DNA of 64,000 nucleotides. It comes from Polyangiaceae bacterium. GTDB lineage: Bacteria; Myxococcota_A; Polyangia; Polyangiales; Polyangiaceae. Positions 38,661 to 47,514 of this stretch are shown here, one piece after another (position 1 is the first letter of the stretch; each line of letters starts with the position of its first letter). The stretch spans positions 608,001 to 672,000 of the forward strand of contig CBDCTZ010000016.1 of assembly GCA_965222375.1 (NCBI GenBank), given 5' to 3'. The notes below the pieces were generated by a model, which saw nothing but the letters and a program-made list of their open reading frames with translations, made no database searches and was not told the DNA's origin. The translations under genes and the position numbers were made by a program.

Positions 38661-40268
38661 ATGTCATCGAGCAACAACCTGCCGCGAGTTCTGTCGGCCA
38701 TAGCCTGTTTTGCGGTTCTAGCCTGCGGGGGTGATGACCAAGCTGCGGAGGTTGGCTCCGGCGGCAGCGCAGGAGCCGCGACCGGGGGACAAGCGGGTAC
38801 GGGGGGCTCAGCTGGCGGTGCCGGGTCGGGCGGCGCGTCGGGTTTCGGTGGCGCTAGCGGCAGTTCGGGCAGCGGAGGAACGGGTGGCTCGCTGCCCTCC
38901 AGTTGCGGTGATCCAACCTCGCCGCAGAAGCTGACCCTTCTCTCGGTATCGACCGCCAATCCTCGCTACCTGGAGAACGAGGCTGGCGTGGCTCAGCTGC
39001 TCACGGGGCAGCACATCTGGAACAACCTGCAAGTCGAGGGGCTGCACTACGACCCCTACCACGTGAGCGATCTGGACTACTGCGCCTACGTTGACCACAT
39101 GCAGGCCGACGGGCAGAACTTCATGCGCTTGTGGTCTTGGCAGAACTCCGCTTGGGAGAGCGGAGAGCGCGTCGAGCCGATGCCCTTCAAGCGCGTGAGC
39201 GGCACGGCCGCGGACGGGGGCAAGAAGTTCGATCTGACGGCCTTCAATCAGAAGTACTTCGATCGCATGCGAGATCGCATCATCGACGCCGGCAAGCGCG
39301 GCATCTACGTCGACATCATGCTGTTTCAAGGCTGGTCCGGGCACCGGAAGTCGCCCGCGCCCCAGAAGCAGACCTGGAAGTACAACGTCTTCAATTCGCT
39401 CAACAACATCAACGGCATCGATGGGGACACCAACAAAGACGGCTTCGGGGTCGAGGCACAGACCCTCGACGTGCCGAAGATCCTGGCGATTCAGAAAGCC
39501 TACGTGACCAAGGTCATCGATACAGTCAACGATCTCGACAACGTGCTCTACGAGGTCGTGAACGAGGGCGACCCCACGACCAAGAACCTGGACTGGCAGA
39601 AGTCGCTGATCGATTTCATCAAGCAAGAGCAGGCTGGCAAGCCCAAGCAGCACCCAGTGGGCTTCACCAACCAGATGGCGCCCCAGCTCAATGCCACCTT
39701 GCTCAATAGCAAAGCAGACTGGGTCTCCCTAGGCGGCGACAACAACACCGACTGGCCCGACGCCGATGGCAAGAAGGTCGTGATCCTGGATACGGATCAC
39801 ATCAGCCCGGCGTACTTTGGCGACAAGCCGGCCTTCCAGCGCCAGTGGTCCTGGAAGCTCTTCACCCGAGGCTACAGCTTCATCTTCATGTTGCTTTCCG
39901 TCGACGCCGCCACCAACGCTGGCAACGGTTTCAACGCCCTGGGCTTCAGCGGTGCGGACGCAGCGATGGCGCGCACCCGGACCTGGGCCGCGAAGTTCGA
40001 TCTGAACAAGTTTTTGCCCCGCTCCGACCTCGCTTCCACGGGCTACTGCCTGGCCCGCACCGGCGCCGAGTACCTGGTCTACGCGCCCAACGGCGGTAGC
40101 TTCACGCTCAAGATCGGGAGCGCGAACACCGGCAGCTACACCCAAGAGTGGTACAACCCGCGCAACGGCAAGACGAATTCGAGCAAGCAGGTCCAGCTCG
40201 ACCAGGCGTCGCCAACGTTTTCCGCGCCATCGACCTCGGACTGGGTGCTGTCCTTGAAAAGGAACTGA
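38661..40268 (+). CDS. Glycoside hydrolase-like TIM-barrel lipoprotein (DUF4038/DUF6298-like) with a putative collagen-binding C-terminal domain
   Basis: VLAC lipobox; NFMRLW; YFDR; NVLYEVVNE; DTDH; YLVY..WYNPRNG..DWVL. Confidence 0.75.
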   Translation: MSSSNNLPRVLSAIACFAVLACGGDDQAAEVGSGGSAGAATGGQAGTGGSAGGAGSGGASGFGGASGSSGSGGTGGSLPSSCGDPTSPQKLTLLSVSTANPRYLENEAGVAQLLTGQHIWNNLQVEGLHYDPYHVSDLDYCAYVDHMQADGQNFMRLWSWQNSAWESGERVEPMPFKRVSGTAADGGKKFDLTAFNQKYFDRMRDRIIDAGKRGIYVDIMLFQGWSGHRKSPAPQKQTWKYNVFNSLNNINGIDGDTNKDGFGVEAQTLDVPKILAIQKAYVTKVIDTVNDLDNVLYEVVNEGDPTTKNLDWQKSLIDFIKQEQAGKPKQHPVGFTNQMAPQLNATLLNSKADWVSLGGDNNTDWPDADGKKVVILDTDHISPAYFGDKPAFQRQWSWKLFTRGYSFIFMLLSVDAATNAGNGFNALGFSGADAAMARTRTWAAKFDLNKFLPRSDLASTGYCLARTGAEYLVYAPNGGSFTLKIGSANTGSYTQEWYNPRNGKTNSSKQVQLDQASPTFSAPSTSDWVLSLKRN

Positions 40269-40272
40269 TCCA

Positions 40273-41880
40273 GTGCATGTGAGGTCAGTGACCAGCGGGA
40301 CTACCCTGGGGCGCACAGGAGCACTCCTGGCCATCACTCTACTTGCGTCCGGCTGTTCCAGTTCCGACGCGGGCGACCCGTGCGCGGGCGTGAATTGCCC
40401 GGCCAATACCCAGTGCCGCGCCGGAACCTGCGTTGCAGCTGGCGAACCCTGCCCGGCACCGGGTGCGAGCGAGTGCGCCGGCGACGGAGTTCGCCGCTGC
40501 GAGGGGACGAGCGGCGCGAGCGTCTGGAGCGATGTCACGCCATGCGGCAAGGGGTTGCAGTGCAGCGGCGGGCAATGCCTCCCACCGACGCCGACCCCGG
40601 TCCAGCAGGCTCAGATCGACACCGTAGACGAATACATCGGCTTGGTGCAGCACCACTCGGGATGGGTGGATGATGTTTCGGTCGATGTGAACGCACTTCG
40701 CGACGAAGTGCGCGCCACGATCCTCCTCGGCGATGGTAGCGCTCCGCACCTGTATCGGGCTTTGAGGCTTGCGCTTTTGGCGTTTCCCATTGGACACCAC
40801 GGCCTGCGCGCCGAGCCAAGCGTTTGCGCCACGCCAAAGATGTTCAGCCAAGCACTGTCCCGATACGGCGCCTGCGCACGCCCGAGCGGTGACGCCATGG
40901 TGATTTCCCACGCGAAAGCGGGCAATGCGCTCGGGTTTTCGGTTGGGGATCTGATTGTCGCCGTCGATGGTCGCTCTGGGGACGACATGTTCGCCGAGGC
41001 GCTGCTTTATCCAGTGTGTGGCTCCAGCTCGCCGGCGCCCCACCATGCGCGGATGGCGGCGGCCACGTCATTGTTGGGTGCCGTGCCCGTCGGCTCGGTG
41101 CTCGACGTGAAGCGGGCTGACGGTTCGACCACGCAGATGACCGCAGTCGAAGCGCCCATCGACCAGCTGCCCTGCGTGGACCCGCTCGGTCGCAACACCA
41201 ACTTCGATGCCTCCTCCCGCATTCGAGGCGATGGCGTCGCCGTGATTCGGCTGCCACGCTTCTATTCTCTCAGTGCCGATCCCAACGCGCCCTACCAGGT
41301 GCAATTCGACCAGATGGTCGCTGCCATCAAGGCGGAGTTCGACAAGGTCTCCCACGCGCCAGCGATCATTTGGGACGCCCGTGCCAACGGTGGTGGCATG
41401 TCTCCAGTCGCTTTCAGCATCGTGGGTGGCATGCCGGGCGCGAAGCAAACTCACATCGCGCGCTGCGGCTACCGACTCGAGGGCACCTCGCCCGTCCAGC
41501 TTGCCACTGGCAGCGTGGGAGACTTCGTGGTTACTCCGGGCGGTCCCTTCACCTATTCCGGCAAGGTCGCTGTGCTCTCGGACGCCTTCGCCGGCAGCGC
41601 GGGTGACTACTTCGTGCGTGCGGTCGACCTGGCCACCAATGTGCCCATCGTCGGGACCCCATCCATGGGCGCCTTCGGTGGGGTGAAAGCTGGCATCCAG
41701 TTCGGCGCCGCCAAAGAGTTCACCGCGACTTTGGATCCCTATCGCTGCGCCGACGACAAAGACGTGGCCCTCGAGGGCCGACCTTCCGAGCCCGACGTAT
41801 TCGTGGAACTCGATCCCAAGGATCTGGCCAAGGGCATCGACACCCAAGAGGAGGCCGCGGCGCAGCTGCTGCTCGACTAG
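40273..41880 (+). CDS. S41-family peptidase lipoprotein with a PDZ-like segment
   Basis: GDLIVAVDG; IIWDARANGGG; AGSAGDYF; IVGTPSMG; PDVFV. Confidence 0.8.
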   Translation: MHVRSVTSGTTLGRTGALLAITLLASGCSSSDAGDPCAGVNCPANTQCRAGTCVAAGEPCPAPGASECAGDGVRRCEGTSGASVWSDVTPCGKGLQCSGGQCLPPTPTPVQQAQIDTVDEYIGLVQHHSGWVDDVSVDVNALRDEVRATILLGDGSAPHLYRALRLALLAFPIGHHGLRAEPSVCATPKMFSQALSRYGACARPSGDAMVISHAKAGNALGFSVGDLIVAVDGRSGDDMFAEALLYPVCGSSSPAPHHARMAAATSLLGAVPVGSVLDVKRADGSTTQMTAVEAPIDQLPCVDPLGRNTNFDASSRIRGDGVAVIRLPRFYSLSADPNAPYQVQFDQMVAAIKAEFDKVSHAPAIIWDARANGGGMSPVAFSIVGGMPGAKQTHIARCGYRLEGTSPVQLATGSVGDFVVTPGGPFTYSGKVAVLSDAFAGSAGDYFVRAVDLATNVPIVGTPSMGAFGGVKAGIQFGAAKEFTATLDPYRCADDKDVALEGRPSEPDVFVELDPKDLAKGIDTQEEAAAQLLLD

Positions 41881-41935
41881 TGTCTCCGCGGCCGGCTTGG
41901 TCCAGCATTCACTGCTGCCAGTGTTCTCCGGTCGC

Positions 41936-42439
41936 TCAGTCGCCGTAGCCGGCCCCCGCCCGCTTGCTTGCGTGACGTTCAGGGGGTTGCTCGCCCTCGA
42001 AGAAGAACTCGCACTCCGTGTCCGTAGTCAGGTCGCGAATTCCGCAGGCCGTGTCCCCGATTCCGCTCACGAGCAGATATGCGGCCGCCATGACCAAGAA
42101 GATGTACCCAACCGCCTGCTCACCAGCGTCTTCGGCTGGCCCTTGCCAACGGTCTTCGGGGGCGTGCTCCTTCTGCTCTTTGTCGGAGCCGGCTCCCGAT
42201 GCGACCGCAGCAATGGCAGCACCAGCCGCACCGATTTCTACTGGGCCAACACTAGTTGCGACGATCCCACGAATACGGCGTAGCCTCAGGTACTCGCGAC
42301 GATAGGCCGCGTCATCATCCCGGTACTTCGCGCGCAGGGCGTCTTTGTCTGGGGTGGCGAATCGAAACACGCAACCAGGCAGAAACGCGAGAGCGACGAC
42401 GGCCGCGACCAAAACATGCAAAAGACGTTTTCGAGACAC
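41936..42439 (-). CDS. Hypothetical lipoprotein/membrane protein
   Basis: GTG start gives MSRKRLLHVLVAAVVALAFLPGC lipobox; two hydrophobic segments. Confidence 0.6.
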   Translation of the reverse strand: MSRKRLLHVLVAAVVALAFLPGCVFRFATPDKDALRAKYRDDDAAYRREYLRLRRIRGIVATSVGPVEIGAAGAAIAAVASGAGSDKEQKEHAPEDRWQGPAEDAGEQAVGYIFLVMAAAYLLVSGIGDTACGIRDLTTDTECEFFFEGEQPPERHASKRAGAGYGD

Positions 42440-42455
42440 TGGTGTGCGCCCCTCG

Positions 42456-42471
42456 TGCAAACGACATGCCC
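42456..42471 (-). promoter_or_regulatory. Putative sigma54 promoter
   Basis: Minus strand GGGCATGTCGTTTGCA. Confidence 0.6.
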
Positions 42472-42871
42472 GTCTTGGCCAGAAGCGGACCTGACGAACG
42501 CCGAGGTTTTCGGGCCGCGAGTGTGAACGCACCGCACAGCTTCCGTGCCCCGCCATCTTCAGTGTCCCTTCGGTGCCGAGCCTCTGGGCTACGCGCTCCG
42601 CGGCGGAAGCTTCTCGGTTCCGATTGAAAGCTCGAACCCGGCAGCACGCATCCAAGAGTCGTGCACCCGCCGTGATGGCGACGCCCACTCCAGTTGGCGC
42701 AACACCGAGCGGGCTCAGGGTGTATCTAAACCTCACGAGTGCTGTCCTTCGTGGACTTGAATTTGCGGTGATGAGCCTCAGCAAGCCAGGACAAGCCACT
42801 GATCTCGCCTGCGCGGCCGGCCAGCTTTGGCGATTGCACCGCGCGCACCTGGGTTACACTCTTGCGACTGC

Positions 42872-43744
42872 ATGAATGGTCGGCGGTTGCGTTCGGAGTG
42901 GGCTCTAATCGCGGTGGCGTGCGCGCTGAGCCTGGGCTGCGACGGGCCCACGGCGCAGGCGCAACCCGCGGCTTCGGGCGAGGTGTCGATGACGCCAAGG
43001 GTGAGCAGGCCCCCCAAAAAACCAAATCTTCCCTGCTCGAAGGAAATGACGTTGGTGGGCGACTTCTGCATCGACCGCTGGGAAGCGCATACGGTGCTCG
43101 CGGACGATCCGACCAAGCGCCGCTCGCCCTACGAAACCTTGCGCGATGGCGAAAAGCTGATCGCCAAGAGCGCGCCGGGAGTCACCCCCCAGGGCTACAT
43201 CAATCGTATCGAGGCGAGTGCAGCCTGCGTTGCGGCGGGCAAGCGGCTGTGTAGCGCCAGGGAGTGGTACCGCGCTTGCGCCGGCGAAAAGCACCGCCGC
43301 TATCCCTACGCGGCTAAACAGGAGCAGCGAAAGACCTGCAACACCCGCAAAGGCCATGTCTTGACCAAGGTGTTTGGCAAGAAGGTCTTCTTCACCAAGA
43401 TCAGTCACTACAACAACCCGAAGGTCAATCAGGAGCCCGGCTTCCTTGCGCCCTCGGGCGCCTACGACAAGTGCACCACCCCCGAAGGCGCCTTCGACAT
43501 GGTGGGCAATCTGCACGAATGGGTCGCCGACGACGTCAGCTCGGCGCTTCCGGAGCAGATCCCCTTGGAGTACGGCGAACACCGCTTGGGTCCGCGCGGC
43601 AGCGGGATTTTCATGGGGGGCTACTACTCGTCCAAGAACGAACACGGTCGCGGCTGCGCCTACACTACGGCGACCCACGCGCCCGATTATCACGACTATT
43701 CCATCGGCTTTCGTTGCTGTCGGGACGCCAAACTGAAGCCCTGA
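42872..43744 (+). CDS. FGE-sulfatase/SUMF1-domain lipoprotein
   Basis: FCIDRWE, GKRLC..EW.RAC, YPY, DMVGNLHEW, GFRCC. Confidence 0.88.
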   Translation: MNGRRLRSEWALIAVACALSLGCDGPTAQAQPAASGEVSMTPRVSRPPKKPNLPCSKEMTLVGDFCIDRWEAHTVLADDPTKRRSPYETLRDGEKLIAKSAPGVTPQGYINRIEASAACVAAGKRLCSAREWYRACAGEKHRRYPYAAKQEQRKTCNTRKGHVLTKVFGKKVFFTKISHYNNPKVNQEPGFLAPSGAYDKCTTPEGAFDMVGNLHEWVADDVSSALPEQIPLEYGEHRLGPRGSGIFMGGYYSSKNEHGRGCAYTTATHAPDYHDYSIGFRCCRDAKLKP

Positions 43745-43804
43745 GTCTGGACACTCGGTTCTCGCGACCCATACTACTGCGCCCCGGAACGCCGCGGAGC
43801 CGTC

Positions 43805-44512
43805 ATGGAAAAGCAACTGCCCATCAACATCTGGTCCGATATCGCTTGTCCCTGGTGCTACGTTGGCAAGCGCCACTTGGAAACTTCCCTCGACGAGTTC
43901 GAGCACGCGGGCGCGGACGCGGTGAAGCTGACCTGGCGCGCTTTCGAGCTGGATCCGGGCGCACCCGCCGTGCGGGAGCCCGTGGCCTACGCGGAGCGTT
44001 TGAGCAAGAAGTATAACGTGAGCGTCGACGACGCCGACGCGATGATCGAGCGCATGACGGACACGGCCAAGGGTGTCGGTTTGGACTTCGACTTCAAGAG
44101 CATTCGCCCCGGCAACACCTTCGACGCCCATCGGCTGCTTCACCTGGCGCAGGAAAAGGGTCTGCAGGGCGCCATGAAGGAGCGCTTTCTACGCGGCTAC
44201 CTGTGTGAAGGCGTCGCCATCGGAGATACCTCGGAGCTGACGTCTCTGGCCGTGGAGGTCGGGTTGGATGCGGACGAGGTGGCCTCGCTGCTGGCCAGCG
44301 ATAGTCACGCCGACGCTGTGCGCGCCGATGAAGGCGAGGCCCGCGTCATCGGAATTCGTGGCGTGCCCTTCTTCATCATCGGGCGCTATGGCGTCTCCGG
44401 TGCCCAGCCTCCAGCGGTCTTGAAGCAAGTGCTGGACAAGGCCTGGGGAGAGGTGAGCGCCGCGCCGGAGATGTTCGCCGAGGGTGCCGCCTGCGGGCCC
44501 GACGGCTGCTAG
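43805..44512 (+). CDS. DsbA-family oxidoreductase (FrnE-like)
   Basis: WSDIACPWCYVG, NTFDAHRL, GVPFF, SGAQP, ACGPDGC tail. Confidence 0.92.
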   Translation: MEKQLPINIWSDIACPWCYVGKRHLETSLDEFEHAGADAVKLTWRAFELDPGAPAVREPVAYAERLSKKYNVSVDDADAMIERMTDTAKGVGLDFDFKSIRPGNTFDAHRLLHLAQEKGLQGAMKERFLRGYLCEGVAIGDTSELTSLAVEVGLDADEVASLLASDSHADAVRADEGEARVIGIRGVPFFIIGRYGVSGAQPPAVLKQVLDKAWGEVSAAPEMFAEGAACGPDGC

Positions 44513-44614
44513 CCGCGCGCCGAATTCTGGCGTGCCGGCCACGCGCGCCGATAGGAGGCTCCGTGCCGCGTGGACGTCGCTCGAGATGCGGGGTAGTTCT
44601 CGTTTCACGAACGC

Positions 44615-45112
44615 ATGCGTCGGCCCCAAGTCCGCCCCAAAATCGAGCTTACCGTGGAGTTGCCTCCAGAGGAGGTCCTGCGTCGATTCAAGGAGTGCGT
44701 GAGGGAGCGCGAGGTTCAGGGCAGCGTGCTGGGAAGCTGCATCGAGGTGACCGTGCTCGACAAGCAGCAACACTTCTGGTCGCCGCAGCTCAGTCTCCAA
44801 GTGGATGACCACGACGGCGGAGCCCTGATCTATGGTCGCTTGGGTCCACAGCCCCAAGTGTGGACCTTGCTGGTCGCGATGTACGCGATCGTTGGCATCA
44901 GCTGCGGCTTCGCGATGTTCTTCGCCTTTTCTCAGTGGCTGCTCGACGAACCGCTATGGGCCCTGTGGGCCCTGCCGCTCGGTTTAGGACTCACCGGGCT
45001 CGTCTACGGCAGCGCATACATTGGACAGCACCTAGGTGCCGATCAGTCCCATGAGCTTGCGCGCGTGGTGACTCACGCCTTGGAGCTTCCTGAAGACGCG
45101 ATGAACGTCTGA
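44615..45112 (+). CDS. Conserved hypothetical 2-TM membrane protein
   Basis: HFWSPQL, GRLGPQPQVWT, two TM helices. Confidence 0.65.
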   Translation: MRRPQVRPKIELTVELPPEEVLRRFKECVREREVQGSVLGSCIEVTVLDKQQHFWSPQLSLQVDDHDGGALIYGRLGPQPQVWTLLVAMYAIVGISCGFAMFFAFSQWLLDEPLWALWALPLGLGLTGLVYGSAYIGQHLGADQSHELARVVTHALELPEDAMNV

Positions 45113-45223
45113 CCCACGGCGTACGCGTCACACCTCGCGTCACTGTTACGCGTTCTAGGCCACAAACCTCGCCGGGAGCGCAGCAAAAACGCAGTGGCAC
45201 TGCACAATTCCAGTCTGGATATA

Positions 45224-45239
45224 CGGCACGGCACGTGCT
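45224..45239 (+). promoter_or_regulatory. Putative sigma54 promoter
   Basis: CGGCACGGCACGTGCT (GG-N10-GC). Confidence 0.65.
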
Positions 45240-45251
45240 CTACACCACCTC

Positions 45252-46163
45252 ATGAGTCTTGGCTTAGCTCGCTTCGCTTCTCGTTCCTTGCTTGCCTTGG
45301 CCTCTCTCGCGTGCGGCGCTTCCTTGTTTGCTTGCTCTTCTGATGATGGCGGTTTCACATCCTCGGAGTTCGCGTCGCGCTACTGCGCACTGTTCAAGCC
45401 GTGTTGTGCAGACGCAGGCTATCCCGCCTCTGATCAAGCGGGCTGTCGCTTCTTCTTCGGCTCAGTGCCGATAGCGGACGAAGCCGCAGCCAAGCAATGC
45501 CTCGCCGACTTCGAAGCGCAGGTGAACGACCCCAACTTCTGTGACCTGACCGATGGTCGCCCACCGCCGGACTCGTGCCAAAAGGCGTTCCCACCGGGCT
45601 CCTCAGTGGGCGGTGGCAAGAAACCCGGCGCTGCCTGCGAGTCGAGTTCGGAATGCGTGGGCGATGCCACCTGCGATCGCCAAAACGGCTTCAACGAGCC
45701 TGGCATATGCGCGGAGTTCGTCGTGGTTGCCGAAGGTGAGGCCTGCATCGGAACCAAGAGCGGCCAGAGCAAAGGCTGGTCCGGCGATCCCGTGAACAAC
45801 CAAATCGCCCTGTGTGATCACGACGCGGGCTTTCACTGCCAGGGAGGCACCACCCGGGTATGCGCCAAACGGGCTCAGATTGGCGAGACCTGCAGCGGCG
45901 GAGATTCCGCTTGTGTCGACGGTGCCCATTGCAAGGGCACGTGCGTGCAAGACATCGCGACCGGTAGTGCGTGCCCGACCTTCTCGGACAAATGCAACGA
46001 GGCCGCGTTCTGCGCCGACTCGACCAAGGTGTGTGAGCCGAAGCTGGATGACGGCAAGGCCTGCGACCGCGCTAGAGAGTGCTTGAGCGGTTTCTGCGAC
46101 AACAAGACCTGCGCTAAGAACCCGGGCTTTGGCAACCTGGTGCTCGGCCTCGTCTGCGCGTGA
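45252..46163 (+). CDS. Cys-rich lipoprotein
   Basis: LFAC lipobox; repeated GxxC..C..GxxC modules. Confidence 0.8.
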   Translation: MSLGLARFASRSLLALASLACGASLFACSSDDGGFTSSEFASRYCALFKPCCADAGYPASDQAGCRFFFGSVPIADEAAAKQCLADFEAQVNDPNFCDLTDGRPPPDSCQKAFPPGSSVGGGKKPGAACESSSECVGDATCDRQNGFNEPGICAEFVVVAEGEACIGTKSGQSKGWSGDPVNNQIALCDHDAGFHCQGGTTRVCAKRAQIGETCSGGDSACVDGAHCKGTCVQDIATGSACPTFSDKCNEAAFCADSTKVCEPKLDDGKACDRARECLSGFCDNKTCAKNPGFGNLVLGLVCA

Positions 46164-46294
46164 CCTAGGTTTTCGTTTGTTGGGTGCGTCATTTTCCCTT
46201 GGCACCAGACTGCCCACCCATCCCGATTCACCGCCGCCACCGGTAGCCCCCGGGCAAGGTTGGCCAGCTTAGCGGAGCTCAGCGACGAGTCCTC

Positions 46295-46858
46295 GTGCTG
46301 TGCGACGCGGGTAGTCAAGATCAGAAGCCGGGTGCCAGTTGCCAAGCATCGTCGGAATGCGCTGGACAGAGCTACTGCGATGTGCCCGCCGGCGATGGAC
46401 CTCGCGTGTGTGTGGAGGTCGTGACGGTCGGCGAAGGAGAGGCATGCATCGGTGAAAAGCGCGGCAACAGCTGGGGCAAGTCCGGCGACCCAGTGAACAA
46501 CCAAGCTCCCGTGTGCGATCACGATGCCGGATTCTACTGCGCCTCCCTCGCTACTAGAGTTTGCGCCAAGCGCGCTCAAGTAGGCGAAGCCTGCGCAGAC
46601 TTCACTGATTGTGTCGATGGAGCGTACTGTAAGGCTAACGTCTGCGAGGAGCAGCTCCCGGCCGGGAGTACGTGCTCCGGCTTTTTTGACTGCAACGAGG
46701 CGGCCTACTGTGCCGATTCGACGAAGACGTGCGAACCACGAATGGAAGACGGAAGTCCCTGCGGCAAGAGTGAAGAGTGCCTGAGCGACTACTGCGACAA
46801 CGGCACCTGCGCTTTCAACGCCTTGGGTGGGGCACTCCTCGCATTCGTCTGCGCGTGA
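46295..46858 (+). pseudogene. Headless paralog of the C-terminal half of 45252-46163
   Basis: Shares GEACIG, SGDPVNNQ, CDHDAGF, TRVCAKRAQ, CNEAA.CADSTK.CEP, VCA*; no signal peptide; in-frame TAG at 46244. Confidence 0.65.
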
Positions 46859-47087
46859 CCAGGCCTCCGAGCTGCTTGTTTTCCGGGGAGCGCTGCGGAC
46901 GGACCAACGTGGTTGGTCGCTGGTAGTTTTCGGGGAGTGCCGGAAGCTAGTCGCATACTCGTCACATTCTTCCTCCGACGCGCCGCCTCCACTGCCTGCG
47001 TTCAATGGGTCCAAACGCTGCGGCCAGCGGAAACGTCGCGTCGGCGAGACAATATGCCCGCGCGGCGGCCCTATAATGGCGTCTCCG

Positions 47088-47495
47088 ATGCAGCCGCTGT
47101 TCCAATGGGACCAGTGGATCGCCGACTACCCGCAGGAGGTGCGGCAGGCCTTCTTGTACGAGCGGGATGCCGAATGGTAGGGATTGCGTGAGCATGCCGC
47201 GCTATCGGGCAGCAGTGACGACGACGCGGTGGTTCGTGTCGCCTTTTTGCTCGAGTTCTGGGTGCGCGGCGCCTATGTCGGCCTGCCCAGCGATGACTAC
47301 CCGGTGGGCGATCGCTGTTTCTACTGGTGCGCTACTCTCGCGCCGGTGCTCCAAGGCGAGATTAGCGACCCAGTGACGTCAAGTATCGCGACCCCAAACC
47401 AAAAGGAAATGCCGCGCCAGCCAGGTTTTCCGACGCGAACTCAGCGGAATTCAGCGCTTAGCCCTCGCTTTCCGACTCAAAGCGGTCAAGACTGA
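47088..47495 (+). pseudogene. Hypothetical gene interrupted by an in-frame TAG (47178-47180)
   Basis: TATAAT at 47072; MQPLFQWDQW..DAEW*GLREH..FLLEFW continues in the same frame. Confidence 0.4.
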
Positions 47496-47514
47496 GAGCA
47501 AGACGGGCCCTCGG

